Shown here in pieces: positions 12,021 through 27,000 of a DNA stretch of 64,000 nt. The stretch covers positions 24,118,001-24,182,000 of the forward strand of contig NC_135254.1 in NCBI RefSeq assembly GCF_964204865.1. Direction: 5' to 3'. Under the pieces are notes generated by a model. It was not told the origin of the DNA. It searched no databases and saw nothing but the letters and a program-made list of their open reading frames with translations. Made by a program: the position numbers and the translations under genes. The DNA comes from Styela clava. Taxonomy: Eukaryota. The number at the start of each line of letters is the position of its first letter. The first letter of the stretch is position 1.

Positions 12021-15000
12021 AAATTATGTGCATAAAATGATCTGTTTTTTATTTATATTTTTTGTTGTGATATGAAGAACACAAGCTCATAATACGTCAT
12101 TGATCAGAAAGAACATTTGCTGCAATTCCCCAGCGTCGTTTTTTGTCGAATAGTAACTGAGCTAGATAGTACACTTACTGTGAAGCAAGATTTAAAAAAT
12201 ACGTGAAACAAATACAGGACAGTATTTCTAAACGCACATCGCTTCAGAAAAAGGGTATTTTGATCACGATCATCTGAAAAGAACGCTTATGGTTCAACGC
12301 AGCTCTATTCAACGACAGCGATGAATAAATGATGGACCCCATCTAAAATCTGAAGCTGTATTATTTTAACTATATTTTGCCAAAGGATGAAATGCTCAGA
12401 GACTGAATGCTGTTTTCTGGCCCATTATATTATGTTGTGGAGTGAGGACGCAAATTGACGTTGTATTTTCGTAGGCTCATGGAATACGCATCCATCTACA
12501 ATAAAAATAATGAACCTACTATCGATATTATTTTTTTTTATTTGAAAAAGCAAGTTTATGCATATATTGCGAATATAAACTGTTGAGTTTTTGTGACTTG
12601 GCTTCATATATGAATCGATTTGAAATTAACTTCCTTACCCGTCCGAATTGACTTTGATATCCTATATATATGCACATAAATGATGCTCGATCATTGAAAC
12701 TTGACTAGTGCTCAAAACTAAAGTGGCGATTCTAATTACCAGAAGCTGATAACTATTTACTCAATATTAATTGAAGGTCTAGATTTGAAAAATTAACAGT
12801 TTAACACTTAATTGCGGGCCATGGAAAAGCGTTACGAGATGGGTGGGTGAAATTTACGAGGCCATGTCAAAATTGTTACAAGTAGTGATTGTGAGGTTCC
12901 CAAAACCCAGAGCTAACGACATTAATTGCAATATCCGATGTCATGTTATCAAACACATATTCATGCCGTCGGATATGAACATTTCTTTACATAAAACTGC
13001 ATCTCTTTTATTGAGCTAAATACTGAAATTCTCGAATGTAATACAATGTTTACTGACTCAGTGCCATAACGGGATATAATGGAAATAAGGGAATCAGTCC
13101 TTTTCTATTTTCGAAGGCTGAATTTCGAGACTTTTGCCAAAAGTAAACTACGGAGAAGCCATATCTTATACGTTTGATTAATTTTGTAGAACGTAGGATG
13201 ATTTAATAGATTACATTGTGCGTAAATAAAAACCAGTCAATATTTCTGTCATCGACTGAGAATTAATTTCCGAACGGTATGAAATGATACGTATTTTCAA
13301 TAATATTCCTGGCTGACGCAGAATCAAAATCCTATCGTATTTCTACAGTGGTAACATATCCCCTGTTCTCTGATAACCCACAATCATCCAGTGTAAATTA
13401 CTATTCATTTTTAATGTGTTCGTGCGTCAATTGCGGTACGTTCTACCATCATCCATCACCGCCATTGAACTGGAGAAAGTGGTGTGAAATAACATGAAAG
13501 CAATAAGCCGCGACGTTTATAGTAGCAGACACTACCTCATTCAAATTCCAATAAAACATTGTGTAGAAAACACTGTGCTTGGGTAAAAAATGTGTTGGTC
13601 TCAACCTTAAAAGGTAGATTTCACAAATTATATCTTCAACCAGATTATTCCAGAATTTTTCTAATCAAGTTACACAAATGACAAAGGGGTTTGGCGTTTT
13701 TGCAAGCATATACAAAAGCTCTAACATGTTGGATAATTCAAAACTGGAGTCAAAGCTTTGGTTATTCTCAATTTGAAACGTTTTGATTTTGTTCGTGGTT
13801 CTTTGTCTACTCTATTGCTAAGGTGTATCAAACGAATCACACTAGAAAGTTGATAAATCTTCATTTCATCTTCATTCATTTTATTATTCGCTTTGAAATT
13901 CGCATTAACTTTTCAGAAAAGTATACAAGTTTTAATCGCTACTTTACAAGAACATTTGAAAATTATAAGCATAATTTGAGGAAATTAATACCAATTATCA
14001 ATCTCTTTAATGTTCTTGACTTATATTCCTGACTTCGACAGCTGACAGTTTAGGTCTTTTCTAAGAATAAAGCGGCTGTCAATAAAACGATGGTCGAAAC
14101 ATTTGTCCAAATGCAATTGAGAACTAAAGACATCAGATAGATATTTTTGACAGATTTCTGGTTAGATATATGCGGGGAAACAGCTGATATTTTTTTGTGT
14201 ATGACACTAAATACTTACCAAGCACAGACACGTATGCTGTTCGAAAACACCCATTGGCGTTTGTTCACAGCGAAGCCAGTTATTAATACTTTCGAGGACG
14301 GAGATCACAATTACGTATAAAGTTAGTTAAAATTTGTATTTTTTTTTTCATTTTGGAAACTTGTACCTGTTGTTTACCATAGAGAATTGATCGGCGTGTT
14401 ACTAAACATTACATATTCCCCTTTGCTACCCTAGTTCTTCCTCCATTCATAATTTAAGCAAATTACGAATAAATTGGCTTAACGCCATTTACGTAAGCGT
14501 GAAACATAATTTCTTATGATCGATCAATTAGCTGTGCAATTTGACAAGAACATGGCAATCGTGTTTTGACGTCGGAAGCGACAAAATAAGCTACGGTATC
14601 CTAGACTTAACAAACCAACGTTTAATTAAAAAATCTATATAGGCTGTTTGGTGTTCACGAGTTCAAGGGATACGAAACTTCGAGTTTAATGCCTGTGCAC
14701 ATAGTGATACTGCACTGTAATGAACATTATAACAATGATTTATGTTTGGAATGTTTGGAAGCGAATCATCTCCGGCCAGAAGTAATTATGCCATTGATAA
14801 TCCTCTTTATCACGCAAACCATAGTAACAGTTTTCTTTTTTCAGTTGTGTATTGACAACACAATATACCTTATGAAACAACAACACGAAAGCAAAGCAAT
14901 AATATGTTGATTGGAGAATGTTTCAGCGTGTTACTGCGGCGATGAACTTGCCGATCTATTGAGGGACAATATCCTTCATTTGTTACCATTGCTGAATTTA

Positions 15001-18000
15001 TTAAATTACCATGGGAAATACTCTGGTCGCCATGGCATGTACTCTCAATCCTCGGGTGGCACGAGCGTCAGATTGACGACGCTCTATCAAGTTTACAGTT
15101 GCGTGACTTTACGTCTTCACGCTTTACGCTTGAAAGTGTTCAATGATAACTCGTGTCGAAATAAAACGATAATTTGGCAATGAATATGGAATAGATCGTA
15201 AATCGTTATCAATGATCAGTCAAGTTTAAGGTTAAAGGAACAAAGCGATTTAGTGATAGTCAAAAATTGACGCCAGTGAAGGATATCTGTGAGGAAGAGA
15301 ACGAGTTCAAATAGCCAATCACCAATTGGATCGGCAAAAAACGGCATTTGTGGTATGGACACATCATCGGGTTTGTCCTAAAGTTCACAATTATTCTTGT
15401 AGTTGAAGGCAATAAAGGTATGTCTTTTCCGGGAAAATTGTTTTTATAAAATGCGGAAAAAATGATATTTCCAAACGTCTCATACAATCCATAGAGCTCG
15501 TATTGCTACGAAGCACCATTTTTCCTGCCATTTTTAATGTAAGACACTTGTTTCACAGATCGATTTTGCTAAGATTGTTTAATATTTTATGATACCAGTG
15601 ATAAATTGTTATTCTATGGTATTTTGAGTTACTCATTTGAATGGAGCGTTTGCAAAGAATTCGCATAATATGCTTTTGGTTTGGACCAGGGAACAAGATG
15701 AATCGCTTAATACGTGACTCCGGTTGGATAGGTTAGTTGTAGTAGAATCTTTTATCTTTATTACGGTTTTACAGACATGGTAATTGCGCTATATAGAATG
15801 TAATAAATTAACAATTAGACAATATTTTGAAGTTCCTTCATATTCATAAATTTGGGTTCTCGTTTACTGAATACTTAGAACACTGAGTAGAAAAAAGGTC
15901 AGAAGTTGCAACTTATTTATACGAGTAGTCTAGCAAAATTAATAAATTTGTCTTGTGATAGATTTTCAACTTTATAGAGTATTTAATTTATCTGAAAAAG
16001 TAGGATAGGTTACCAGTACGTCATGGACGCATTCGATCAGTGGCAAATTCGGTAGTTTTGATTATCCAATACTTATCTAACAATATGGCGTGAATCTTAC
16101 TGTTTTGTGCTGATTCGGATTGGCAAATGATTAAATTTTTTTGAGATTATTTTTTACAATCACGTGCTATACATACACCTTATATGCTTTGCGAATGGCC
16201 ACCAGCCACGGCTTATTCGGTAGCACTATGTCGTAGAAAATACTTGTCAAATATTTTACAATATTTGTATATAATACTTGTCAAATATTTTACATTACGC
16301 AAAAGTGAACAAAATATTCAGCAATATAAGATCAAAATGCGACGTTAGACGACTTGTAGACGTGTTTGCATGTCATACGCTGAAATTAATTTTGCAAGTT
16401 ACTTCGGAAGTGTCAATGTAATTTATATCTCGTTGCTGCAACTAAATATACTTTATAAGAATTTAAATTTGACAAGAACTGTAACTGACAACTTCAAGAG
16501 GCAATATAATCATTCTTTACAGAATTTGAATTAATCTAGAATTTTAATGAGGGATTTATTAAATATTTAAACGGCATGGAAACCTGGTAACGCTGAACTA
16601 ATTGCTACTGCAGTGCGAAAAACCACAATGACACGCACGGTCGACAACTGATATATATTGATGTTGAATATTTGCTAGTTGTAAATATATTTTACTTCTA
16701 CTATATTATACAACCCCCAAATCACATTTATGCCACAAGGATTATCAGACACTCGATGACAGAGTACCACACAGGTGCAAGTTTTCCGTAAATTGTTATA
16801 AATCGCGCTTTCATATATTTTGGTGTTTTGCAAGTTCGCTAGTCATGTAAACCTAAAAGGTGATTCCTAGATTGTTACAGCTGTATCGCCATCAAGTTTT
16901 CAAAAAGCGACACACCCTGGTATTTTGGTTGGTGCGTTCAATTTGTGTTCCACGAATAATACGAATGCTAAGAAATCTTTCGTTTCTTCGTACTTGAAAC
17001 GGGCTTGCCGTTCGAAAAAACAGTCGCATGTATCTTAAATTTCGACTCAAATTTTAATGCAACAGAATATATAAATTACAATCAATCTGTCTGTCAAATA
17101 TACTTCGCAATTAATATCTTTTGATCTGTGTGATGTATATACTCGTGTCGCGTATATACGTAAATCACTTCACAGACTTGCGAACGAACGAATGATAACC
17201 TCGAAGTTGTTGATAACGTTCTGAGGTTTTACGTTCTTACGTATGATCGACGTTTAAATAAATGTTTACCAACACTCGTCGATGGAATGCTAGTAATCGA
17301 AAATTAATCCGACGATTCCTGCCTATAACAATGTCTTCGAGGCGTGGATTTATTTGATGTTTTGAATTATAAAAATATAATTTTTCAATATTGTATACAG
17401 TTTACTAACCTTGTAGAAAATCTTGGACATAAATATTTTTGAAGATGACAAAAAAACCGAAAATATTCGAATCATTTTTGAGGAGTGACCTGGGTCACAC
17501 TATCTTGGTGTCGCCTAGCACCGATGAAATGAACTAGGAATATTTATGAACATGGCCATCTGGATCTACAAGTATGTGATTGTGAATTGAGGTCAGGGTT
17601 ACCAAGTAAATGCTGGACAATGCTGCGCGGAATGAATCGGTATATTGTTTAGAAATTACGAGGAGGTGTCGCCACAAACCCACAAAAAATTATAAAACTT
17701 CTTCGCATGATCTGGTATATGTATATTTACGTTCATGAACTGGGATTCTGACTTTCAGGTGAACCGATCCTGAGGCAAGACATGTCTTTCTCAAATTAAA
17801 GAGAAAATGAGAAGCCACAGAAGTTTTTAAGAACAAATCACGTGAACAAAACGAACAAAGTCATTATGTATTGTCATATGTTATGAACGCGTGTACGCAA
17901 CGTGAAACATGGAAACCAATATATTCCAAATTCTGAAAATCTGAAGTCACGCGCTAACTACTTTTTAAATATTAAAAATGACAGAAGTTTCCTCATCCTA

Positions 18001-21000
18001 TCTTTACCTTTGTTTTGAAAAGCTAGGTTCATTGAAATCACTGTCTATATGATTTTTGCAAATTAGATTCGGTTTCGCAATATAGTTAGGTTTAAAATGC
18101 CTTTGAATGTATCGTTCAACGCATTCGGCTTACGTAACAAAATTATATTTTCATTGGCGATTTGTAACCATACGCAACATCAACAAGGCTTTGTTGTCTA
18201 GGAATTTGATAGAGTATCGAACAGAGTGGTAGAAATTGAGAAGTGTACCAGTGGAACGCAGCTTTATTTCGTTTTGACAGAGATCGTAGATTATTTAACA
18301 TGCACGGAGATTTAGTACAGAATACAAAATTGTGTTGTGCTGTTATTAACTTAAAAAATAATTAATTTGATTTTGCTATTTAATTATTAGGAAACTACTA
18401 TATTAACTTTGCATATATAACAAACGCTAAATAAAACCGGCCAGCACAGTTACTATTAAACAAGAATCCATATTATACAAAGTACATTGATGGCCAATAC
18501 AAATTGGGGTTAACGTTGATTAAATTCGTAGAATTTTTGAAATCGACTCGAATGGCGTCCCAGAATCAGTCGTGTAAAAATTTGATAAGAAGTATAATAT
18601 ATTAAATAGATTCAGTTGTTAGATATTTGGTGAATTGGAATACTTTCTTGCTTTGTCGGCAAATGTATTTCGTTTGTTAGAAATTGTATGTATGACACTC
18701 TTTATCAAAACATTATCAGAATTTGATAGCCACATTACGCTATGGTACATTAGCTTATCTTACATTTGCACAGATAAACTACCTGAATTCCAACATAAGC
18801 TTGACCACTACGTGGTTACCATCTCGCTAAAACTTCGCATATTGATTTTAGGCATTCTGCAATAAAAATATTTGAATTCAAATATTATTGATATAGAGAA
18901 CCGATACAATGTTCATCATCTTAGCATTTTGATCTATCATCTTTCATACTCTAACGACGGGGTATAATGAATGTATTTCTACAAATCCCTGTAAAACCTT
19001 CAAATATTTTCCATTTATTTATTGATTCACGAGTAATCCTTAACTAATTAGTACTGATCTATCATCTGCATCTTTCGAAACCACAATCTTCGTACGTTCA
19101 TTTTCTATTAGACAGAATTTCATGTATTAATCGACTGTCCGAATCAAGCAACGTTTTCATTTAAAATATTTTCATTATTCGTATCAGTTTTCGAATTCAT
19201 TTTTTTTGCTTTGTTTATACCACGCCTTCAAGTTACTGAAACTGTTGTTGTAGTGTTTGTTGGATCATGTGATGTGAATTCCTATTCCGTTTTATATAAC
19301 AACATAGTCATATATTAAACCCACCGTCGATCGAGGCTTTATTTTTGGCTTTGATTCTAAAGGAAAAGTGTTATTACAATACCCTTTGTGTAGCATATAC
19401 CTATATTTCTATTGTGTAATAAATTGAACTAGCTTCAGGGCGCCTCGCAAACACGCAAGTATGCGGTGACCTACTGATCAGAAAATATGCGACTAACTTT
19501 ATGTTAAAGTAAGTACGTTAATTAAGTACAAGCCTCAGGTAACTAGGAAATGTTAAGAACAAATAAAAGGTATACTATTGAAAATTAATATACTATTTTT
19601 ATTGTATTATGATAAGGATAGCGGAATCTACCAAAATCTCGGCACAACATTCTGATAGAAATAATTCAAATTTTAACGTTTCTCACAACACACATGTGGT
19701 TGATATTATTATAAATCTAGCCCAACTAATTAAGTTGTATTATTCTACAAAAAACAGTTCGTTAGAAATTTTCATTGAACTTGTTGGAAACGTATCTGCG
19801 CTTTACCTACAAAATACTAAATCCACTGAAAAATCTGTAATAATTTAGTTCGCACGAATATTTACTATATATTCGTGCTATCTGATATATAGCCTTTACA
19901 CTTTTTTCTACCTGACTATTCATTTTTTGTTCTGATCTGATTATCCTGCGTACCTCACACATACCCATGCCACCTGTGGATTTGGTTAAGCTTTCTTTCG
20001 TCTGGAAGCTTTAATCATGATTTATTGTCGTGCTTAGAATGGGGAACAAAGAGCTGTTGTTGTCTAAATAACTAAATATCATTGCGCACTATCTTCTCTG
20101 TTTACTTTTTAAAATCGCCCGGAAAAGCGGTTGAGACTCAACGCGCCGATATTAATCAAGGTCTAGGTTTACTGCTTGACTAAAAACAGGCATTTAATAA
20201 GTAAACTTATAAAGCTATTTGCTTTATAATCATTTGAGAGGCTTATCTGCACTTGGTTTAACATTCTACTGCGCCAAAATTTCCCAAAATTTCTTTATAA
20301 ACTGAATGTTAATTGGAATGCAGCCGAACGTGAATAAAACGACCGTGAATTTACGATTATTCTACGACCCACACTTGGTTGAGAACAATAGTGGGAGAAT
20401 GAATCGTTTTGTTTTTATTATAGGTATAAAACTCTGGTTGTGGTTGGCCCAGTCGTTCATGTAGAACAGTATAATTTGACCCAATAACATATTTATATCA
20501 ATTATCCTTCAAAGTTGGATTTATTTCCGATAGCGATCATGACAAAAAGGGGTTCATTTAGTAAACTCTGCTTCGTCAAGCATCTGACATTAGGAAATCA
20601 TATAATATGTTCTGAATGTCACAAGTTCTCACGCCAACCAACATTTTAACGAAATTGTGATCGTTGATAGCAAACTTTGGGTCCAAATATGATAATCATT
20701 CTTTAAATTCGCGAAAACATCACCCAACAAATATAAACAAATGTTCAGTCTAGTACTCACCTGTGTTGGAAACACAGATGGTATTCTGTGCGACTGCTCC
20801 CGTAGTCAATTTTTAGGTGCGCCCTCTATTTCAATTTTAAAGTTAATTCAATGGTTTTTGAATATATAAACATATACCGCCTGTAGTTTTTTGAAACACC
20901 ACTGGTATCTCACATTAGACTGAAACTGTTTTTGTTCAAGTAGCAGTTTAATTGACTATATTATGCAGTTTCGGCTAAGAGCTGCCGGAAAATCATTCGA

Positions 21001-24000
21001 AATACTTGTGAATAACAATGAGGGTTTATTGATTTCTTGGCCTGTTTGTGTGCGACACTGAATCTTTTCATCAGAAAAGACCTAAATGCTTGTAAATATA
21101 ATCACTGGTTATTAACTCACCGCATGTGGCGTCGTAATCCCTCATTACCGGACAGATTACAGCATTTTTACCGTGCATATTAGCGAGATGTATTGTCTGA
21201 TAACACAGTATGACCGAAGCGTCTCACCCGATTGCCCGATATGCGAAATCATGGAAATATCGAGATGGGTTTAGTATTAACCTATTTTATAAAATTGTCG
21301 CTTAATAGTAATGGAAAATCATATCAAAATTGAACTTATGGAACTAGAAAATAGCGTTCAGATCGAATGGGTAAATGAGAAAGCATCCTATAGCGTAAAT
21401 ATATACTATAACTGGTGAAAGAAAAATAAAGAGAAAAATAAAGAGACACCAAGCACTTAACAAATATATTTTCAAGCCAAGGCCATGAGTTGTGTCGGGA
21501 ATACATTTCTAATTGAATATTATACTGAACATCGAATGAAAAAACCGTGTAAACAAATTTCAATCAAAGAAAAATTGAAGTTTTCCATCAGTTTTAATGG
21601 CATCGGCCGCGTTTTCACTTTTGCGAAGTTTTTAGATAACATATCTTGATAAAATTGATTGTTGCTTATTGAAACACCACGTTGAGGTGAAGCGAACTAA
21701 AAGCTTTTAATTAAGTTACCCTGTCGTTGTCTGCGATTCCATTGTCAGATTACAACGTATTGTATATCCGTCAACATATTTGAGTTAAATATGTAATACA
21801 TAATCCTCTTGTTTAATGACATTGTAAGTAGGTTAAAGTAGGTTGAAAAATTTTCAAATTTAAAGTGTTGCTACATAATATGCGCACCAAATGTGAACGT
21901 GCATGTTGTCATGCGATAAGACCAACGGCTTTAAAGCTAACCATACTAAGATTTTGAACCCTTGTTCTTAATACTTTAATTTAGAACAAGTGAATTTGAG
22001 TTATATACGGAACCTAACAATAACTACAAAGAGTGACATTCGCTCCTAAAGTTTACGAGTTTGTCTTAACACGGATATAACAGTAGTATCAGTGGATATA
22101 ATGAATGAATTGCAAGTTAATATTAAAATGATGTTTTATCATTTTAGGTCTGGGTAAACAATAATATATATTGGAAAACATCTTGTTTTGATAAAAGTCA
22201 AGCCTCAATAGAACTAGTTTTACGAGATCATCATGTTAATAACTTGAATACCACATCGTTGATTTAATTGTCTCATGTTTGTTTCCCTGACTTTCGGTAG
22301 GAATGAAATATTTCCACTCAGGTGGTTAGTCCGAAGAGTAAATTTATATCATCGCTAATTGTAGCGTTTCGGCAACTTTTTTATGCTTTTGATTAATTAA
22401 TGAAATATTGTTTTGATAATTTTATGCATAAACGTACAGAGCAGCATGTCAAATGAGTGATTAGAACATTCGTGAACTGAGATATTAGACCTTATTTGAC
22501 CCATTGTCTCGCTTCACAATATTCCTCAGGGAAGGATTTGTACTACATTGCATTTTATTGCAATCTTTATAAAAAGACAATAAGCGACCGGGCATAATAT
22601 CCAACTGAAAAAGAACTTCCATGTTTGGCCGATGATATGGAATACATTAATTAAAGTGCTAACAACAAACAAAAAAGAAACAGAAATTGTGGGCACGTGC
22701 AGTTGTTTCGATCTTTTATACAATGCTTTTATTTTTGCGTTGGTTCAACCTTTCACACGAAACCGGCAGCTCGCTGGTGGTCTCTGACTTAAAATGAAAC
22801 TTATATAATACACTTATCAAAATATTATTGCTGGTATTTCACCACATGGGAGATACAACCGAATCAATAGAGCTGAGCTATATATATATCATGGAAAACA
22901 TTTGTCCCACATTGCATCATATTTTTCTTCTTTAGTTTATTAATAAAACTTTAAACGTCCAATTATATGCACAAGACAAATTTAGATGCTTTTATTTGTG
23001 ATATTTAAAATATTAGAATATGATTGTTTACAAAGAAACCATCACCGTTTCTTGGTGGATTTCACAATTGATTTTAAACAAGAGAAATTAATTGTTGTGT
23101 TGTTTTAGGGTTTTAACAGGTTTATTATGGGATGTTTCGAAAACTCATCTATTTTCATCATCACTTGGGTTGGCTGTTCTGTTACGGTACATACCTGAAT
23201 GTTCGAATGTTCAGTATTATTGCTGAAGCATACACAGACACATATATTTTCTTTAATTATTCCACCATTCCATTTCATTTGTGGAATTTTTTTTTTCGTT
23301 GACCAGTAACATATATGAGAATTATTCAAACGCTACTTCAAAAATAGACATCGTGGGAAATAGACTAGTTGTTTACCAACTTCTTTGCATTATAATCTTT
23401 GACTTAGTTCACGTTCTTCAGTATGAATAATATTTAAAAATACTTTTCGTTATAGTTGGTATTTTATTCATTTGTGATGTCTGGATGTCTTTTATGTTCT
23501 CGTGGGTTCTTCTACTTTTGATGATACCTTCAGCAAATGTAAAAGTCATTACATCAGATAGTTCAATCATTTTATTCATATAATACTATTTATATACAAC
23601 CGAACCGATAAGGGATATAGAAAAGGATGTCGCAGAACTCCGAGATCGCCGCAGATATAGCGAATTCACGCCACACAGGATTCCAAAAATTCCCGATGAG
23701 AATTACGGAATTGGTTCAATTCCATTTTAATCAGAACTCCTAGTAAGGGCACTAATTAGTACAGTAATGTTTTAAAAATGTATAAAATTTTATGATTCGC
23801 GTAACGAAATCGACCATCAGTGTAACTCGAATAAATTTTCTTGTGTATTTTGTATTGAACGTTGAAAGCATGACAGAACAAACAATTACAATAGTCAAAC
23901 AAGAGAAAATCGGATGATGATTTATCTTTCTAATATTGTAGACGAGGGTTGTTCTCAAATCCCATCTTATTCTATATGTAGGCGAAAATTCCATATTTTG

Positions 24001-27000
24001 CTGATTGCAGCAAGTGGTGGTGTTTTGTGAGTTGTCTGTATACTTAATTAATATTGTTCAAACTTTAGGCTGGAAGCTTGCGACAATTTCTTGCTTGCAA
24101 TGAAAGCATTGAGTTTTGGAAGTTCTGCGTCCGATTCTGCTACGTGAAACACTGGAAGATGCGGTATTTCATTTTGACGCTTTTTCAATCCAAACAAAGC
24201 AAGTGTACTCCTTCTTTGCCTAATATATTCCTATATCTTGTATAACGACTCCTTGTACTCGACATCATGACAGCTCGACTTGAAATAGATATGGCGATAT
24301 TTCTGTCATTTCCACGTCTACGTTTCATAAAGATTTCTCGCCTCCTTCTCCGTCAATCAGAGAATTGCTGACGTCACGCTTATTTAACCGTAGTTGTTTG
24401 ACTGTTTTGTGGTCGGTGTGAGTTACCTTCTCTAAATAGTAAAAACCGCATATGAATCTTCTTAAAATAACGCATTCGGTTCCAATTTGGAATTCGAAGC
24501 TATAGGGCGAAGCTTGTATAGAATTAGTACTGGAGCGACAATTACAAGAAAAAGCTGGAAAATCAGGCTGAATTAAAAGTTACAAACAATCACTGAACGG
24601 TCTGTTCAAGTAAAACATGAATATATACACACTGACGCATGTTGCAGAAGTTCATGTCATTCGCCTTTCCTAAAATGTTTTCTTGTCAGATTCAATCTCA
24701 TGGCACAGCTTTAACGTAAAAAAATATCCATTCCGAGAAAACATATGTTGCCTTCATCTCAAAGATATATCTGTACCTTAAAATAGATCTCCTTGCGTAA
24801 TTATTTGACATTCCGTATTCTACGGTCGCGTATCTCAGATTATGCGACCAAAATAATAATTTGAAATAATGTATCAAAATACACTTCCGAGTAGTTCGAT
24901 CTGAAAAATAAAATAGAATGTTTATTTGCTATTGTGGCATCTTTATAGACAATTTAGAGCTCAGTGTAGATTAGCTTCAGCTTTTAGTGTAAAATTTAAT
25001 AGAAATTTTCAACATATGCTTGGGGTACCGGTGTTGGCATTACCTCGGAAATGAAAAAAAAAATATTGATTTCTACTTAAAATTGTCTGACTCTGTCAGA
25101 TTCCTGGAATTTTATTATTCCACACTTTTTTAAATACACCCAGAATACTATAAAATTATACTAACATAAGCTAACCTTACTCATAATATGTATTCACTTG
25201 TTTACAAACATCTATTTACTGACCGGACTTATCCGTTTGCTAAGTAGTAAGATGTCAACCTGTTATTATTATTTCAATACAGTTTTATGTCATTAGTTTG
25301 CTGTTGAAATTAAAAATCGAATAAGCAATTTAAACGAAAAATTGGTTCAACGAGATAGTTACAAGAAATTGTGTTTGTTTCCGCGAATGAAATGTCAGTC
25401 TGTAATTACTAAATTGTTAGAGGGGCTTTGAACAAATAAGATTTTGTTTGTGTGTTCAAATCTTCGGGTTTGCTTGCATTCACCTGCTGCAGAAAATCTG
25501 CGTTATGTTCAATTACTACTCTGTTCTGTTCAACTGATAGACGGTAAAATACTAAGGGAGTTGCAATCAGATTTGTTAATGTGTATGGATGGATCATTCT
25601 CAGGGGAACACATCGGATTTGCTCTGCAAAGATACCAATAGATTATTGTCATTGGAATGCATAACAAAGAATAGATTTCAATTGTCATCGCTAATAGTTA
25701 AGTTACTCCGAGGTGTTTATTACATAAAGCCTATGAAATAACTACCCTTATACTGTTCAGAAATGTGCAAATTCACTACAATTACATAGCCTTTCTTCCC
25801 AATTAAAGCAGTATCTTCGTATGGAATCAATCATACTCAAAATACACCTTCAAATCACCTGTGATGTACGCCAATTCGTCCCATGTATTGATTGATGCAA
25901 CTAGGTTTATAAAAGAAATTAGGTTAATTGTACAAATTTTTCACGAATGTCCTCTGTGACGTCTTGATAACGAGAAACTAATTATCAGCTCGATGGCTAG
26001 GTGTAAAAATTGTGATGATGAGTGTTTACGCAAGACTGACGCATTCAGGTCAGGTGCGATGATTTATTCAACCACATTATTAAATCTAAAATGTGCGGTC
26101 TTATATTCGCGTCGAAGTTAGTAGGAGGTACTTTATTGCTGAAAAATTCTTCAGGTCAAAATCGATATAAAAGTAAGGGAAGGATAGAAAAGGATCAGAC
26201 GAATGTAATAGAGTTATCTTTTTAATATTATATCAATATACACGGCGTATAGTGAAAGAAAAAATATCCGACCTATTGCAGGCATATTGTAAGCCATAAA
26301 AAGACTGTGGGAGTGTTTTCGTCTTATGGCTCAGCAAGAAGTATAGTATTTCATCCACTTTTTCCTTTTTGTCACGAAATTACCTTAAATTGTTAGATTG
26401 TCCTAAACGATGTAAGCTGAAGTTGAATTGCTGGTTTGAAACTCCGAAAGGTGCCTTATAACCAACCACGTCATCCCAATGTGGACATTGCTGCCACAAA
26501 GACGTTCTGATGCTATGAGGTTTTGGCAATGCAGTATTGTGTTCCCAAATTTCAACCAGTGTAACCGAGACCGAAGTATATAACCCAACATAAGCTCTAA
26601 GGGTAACCTTTGTTTCACAAACTTAGTACTTTTGATTTTGGTAAGAGGTACTTGTTTGAACGTTGATGTGAACGATTCATAAGTAGTGAAAGGTATTTCC
26701 AATAATAATAGTATATAGAAAAGGTTGCATCTCACAGACAATCATTTCTCAGAAAAATCTTTTACCCTCAAGTTAGTAGTAACTTTAAATATCGGGCGAG
26801 TTACTTTCATTGCATCTAACAATATTTTATAAATCTGCAATAGGTGTCAGTGAAATGGTCCTCGAAGTCAAAAAGGAAGTAGAAGTCTTGTTTAAGATTA
26901 CCGTTTCAAATTTTCGTCTCGCAACGGTTTCAACCTATAGCGCAATTACGCAGTAAAATATTCTGATAACTTCATACAGTTCATCTTTTTCCATTCGTAT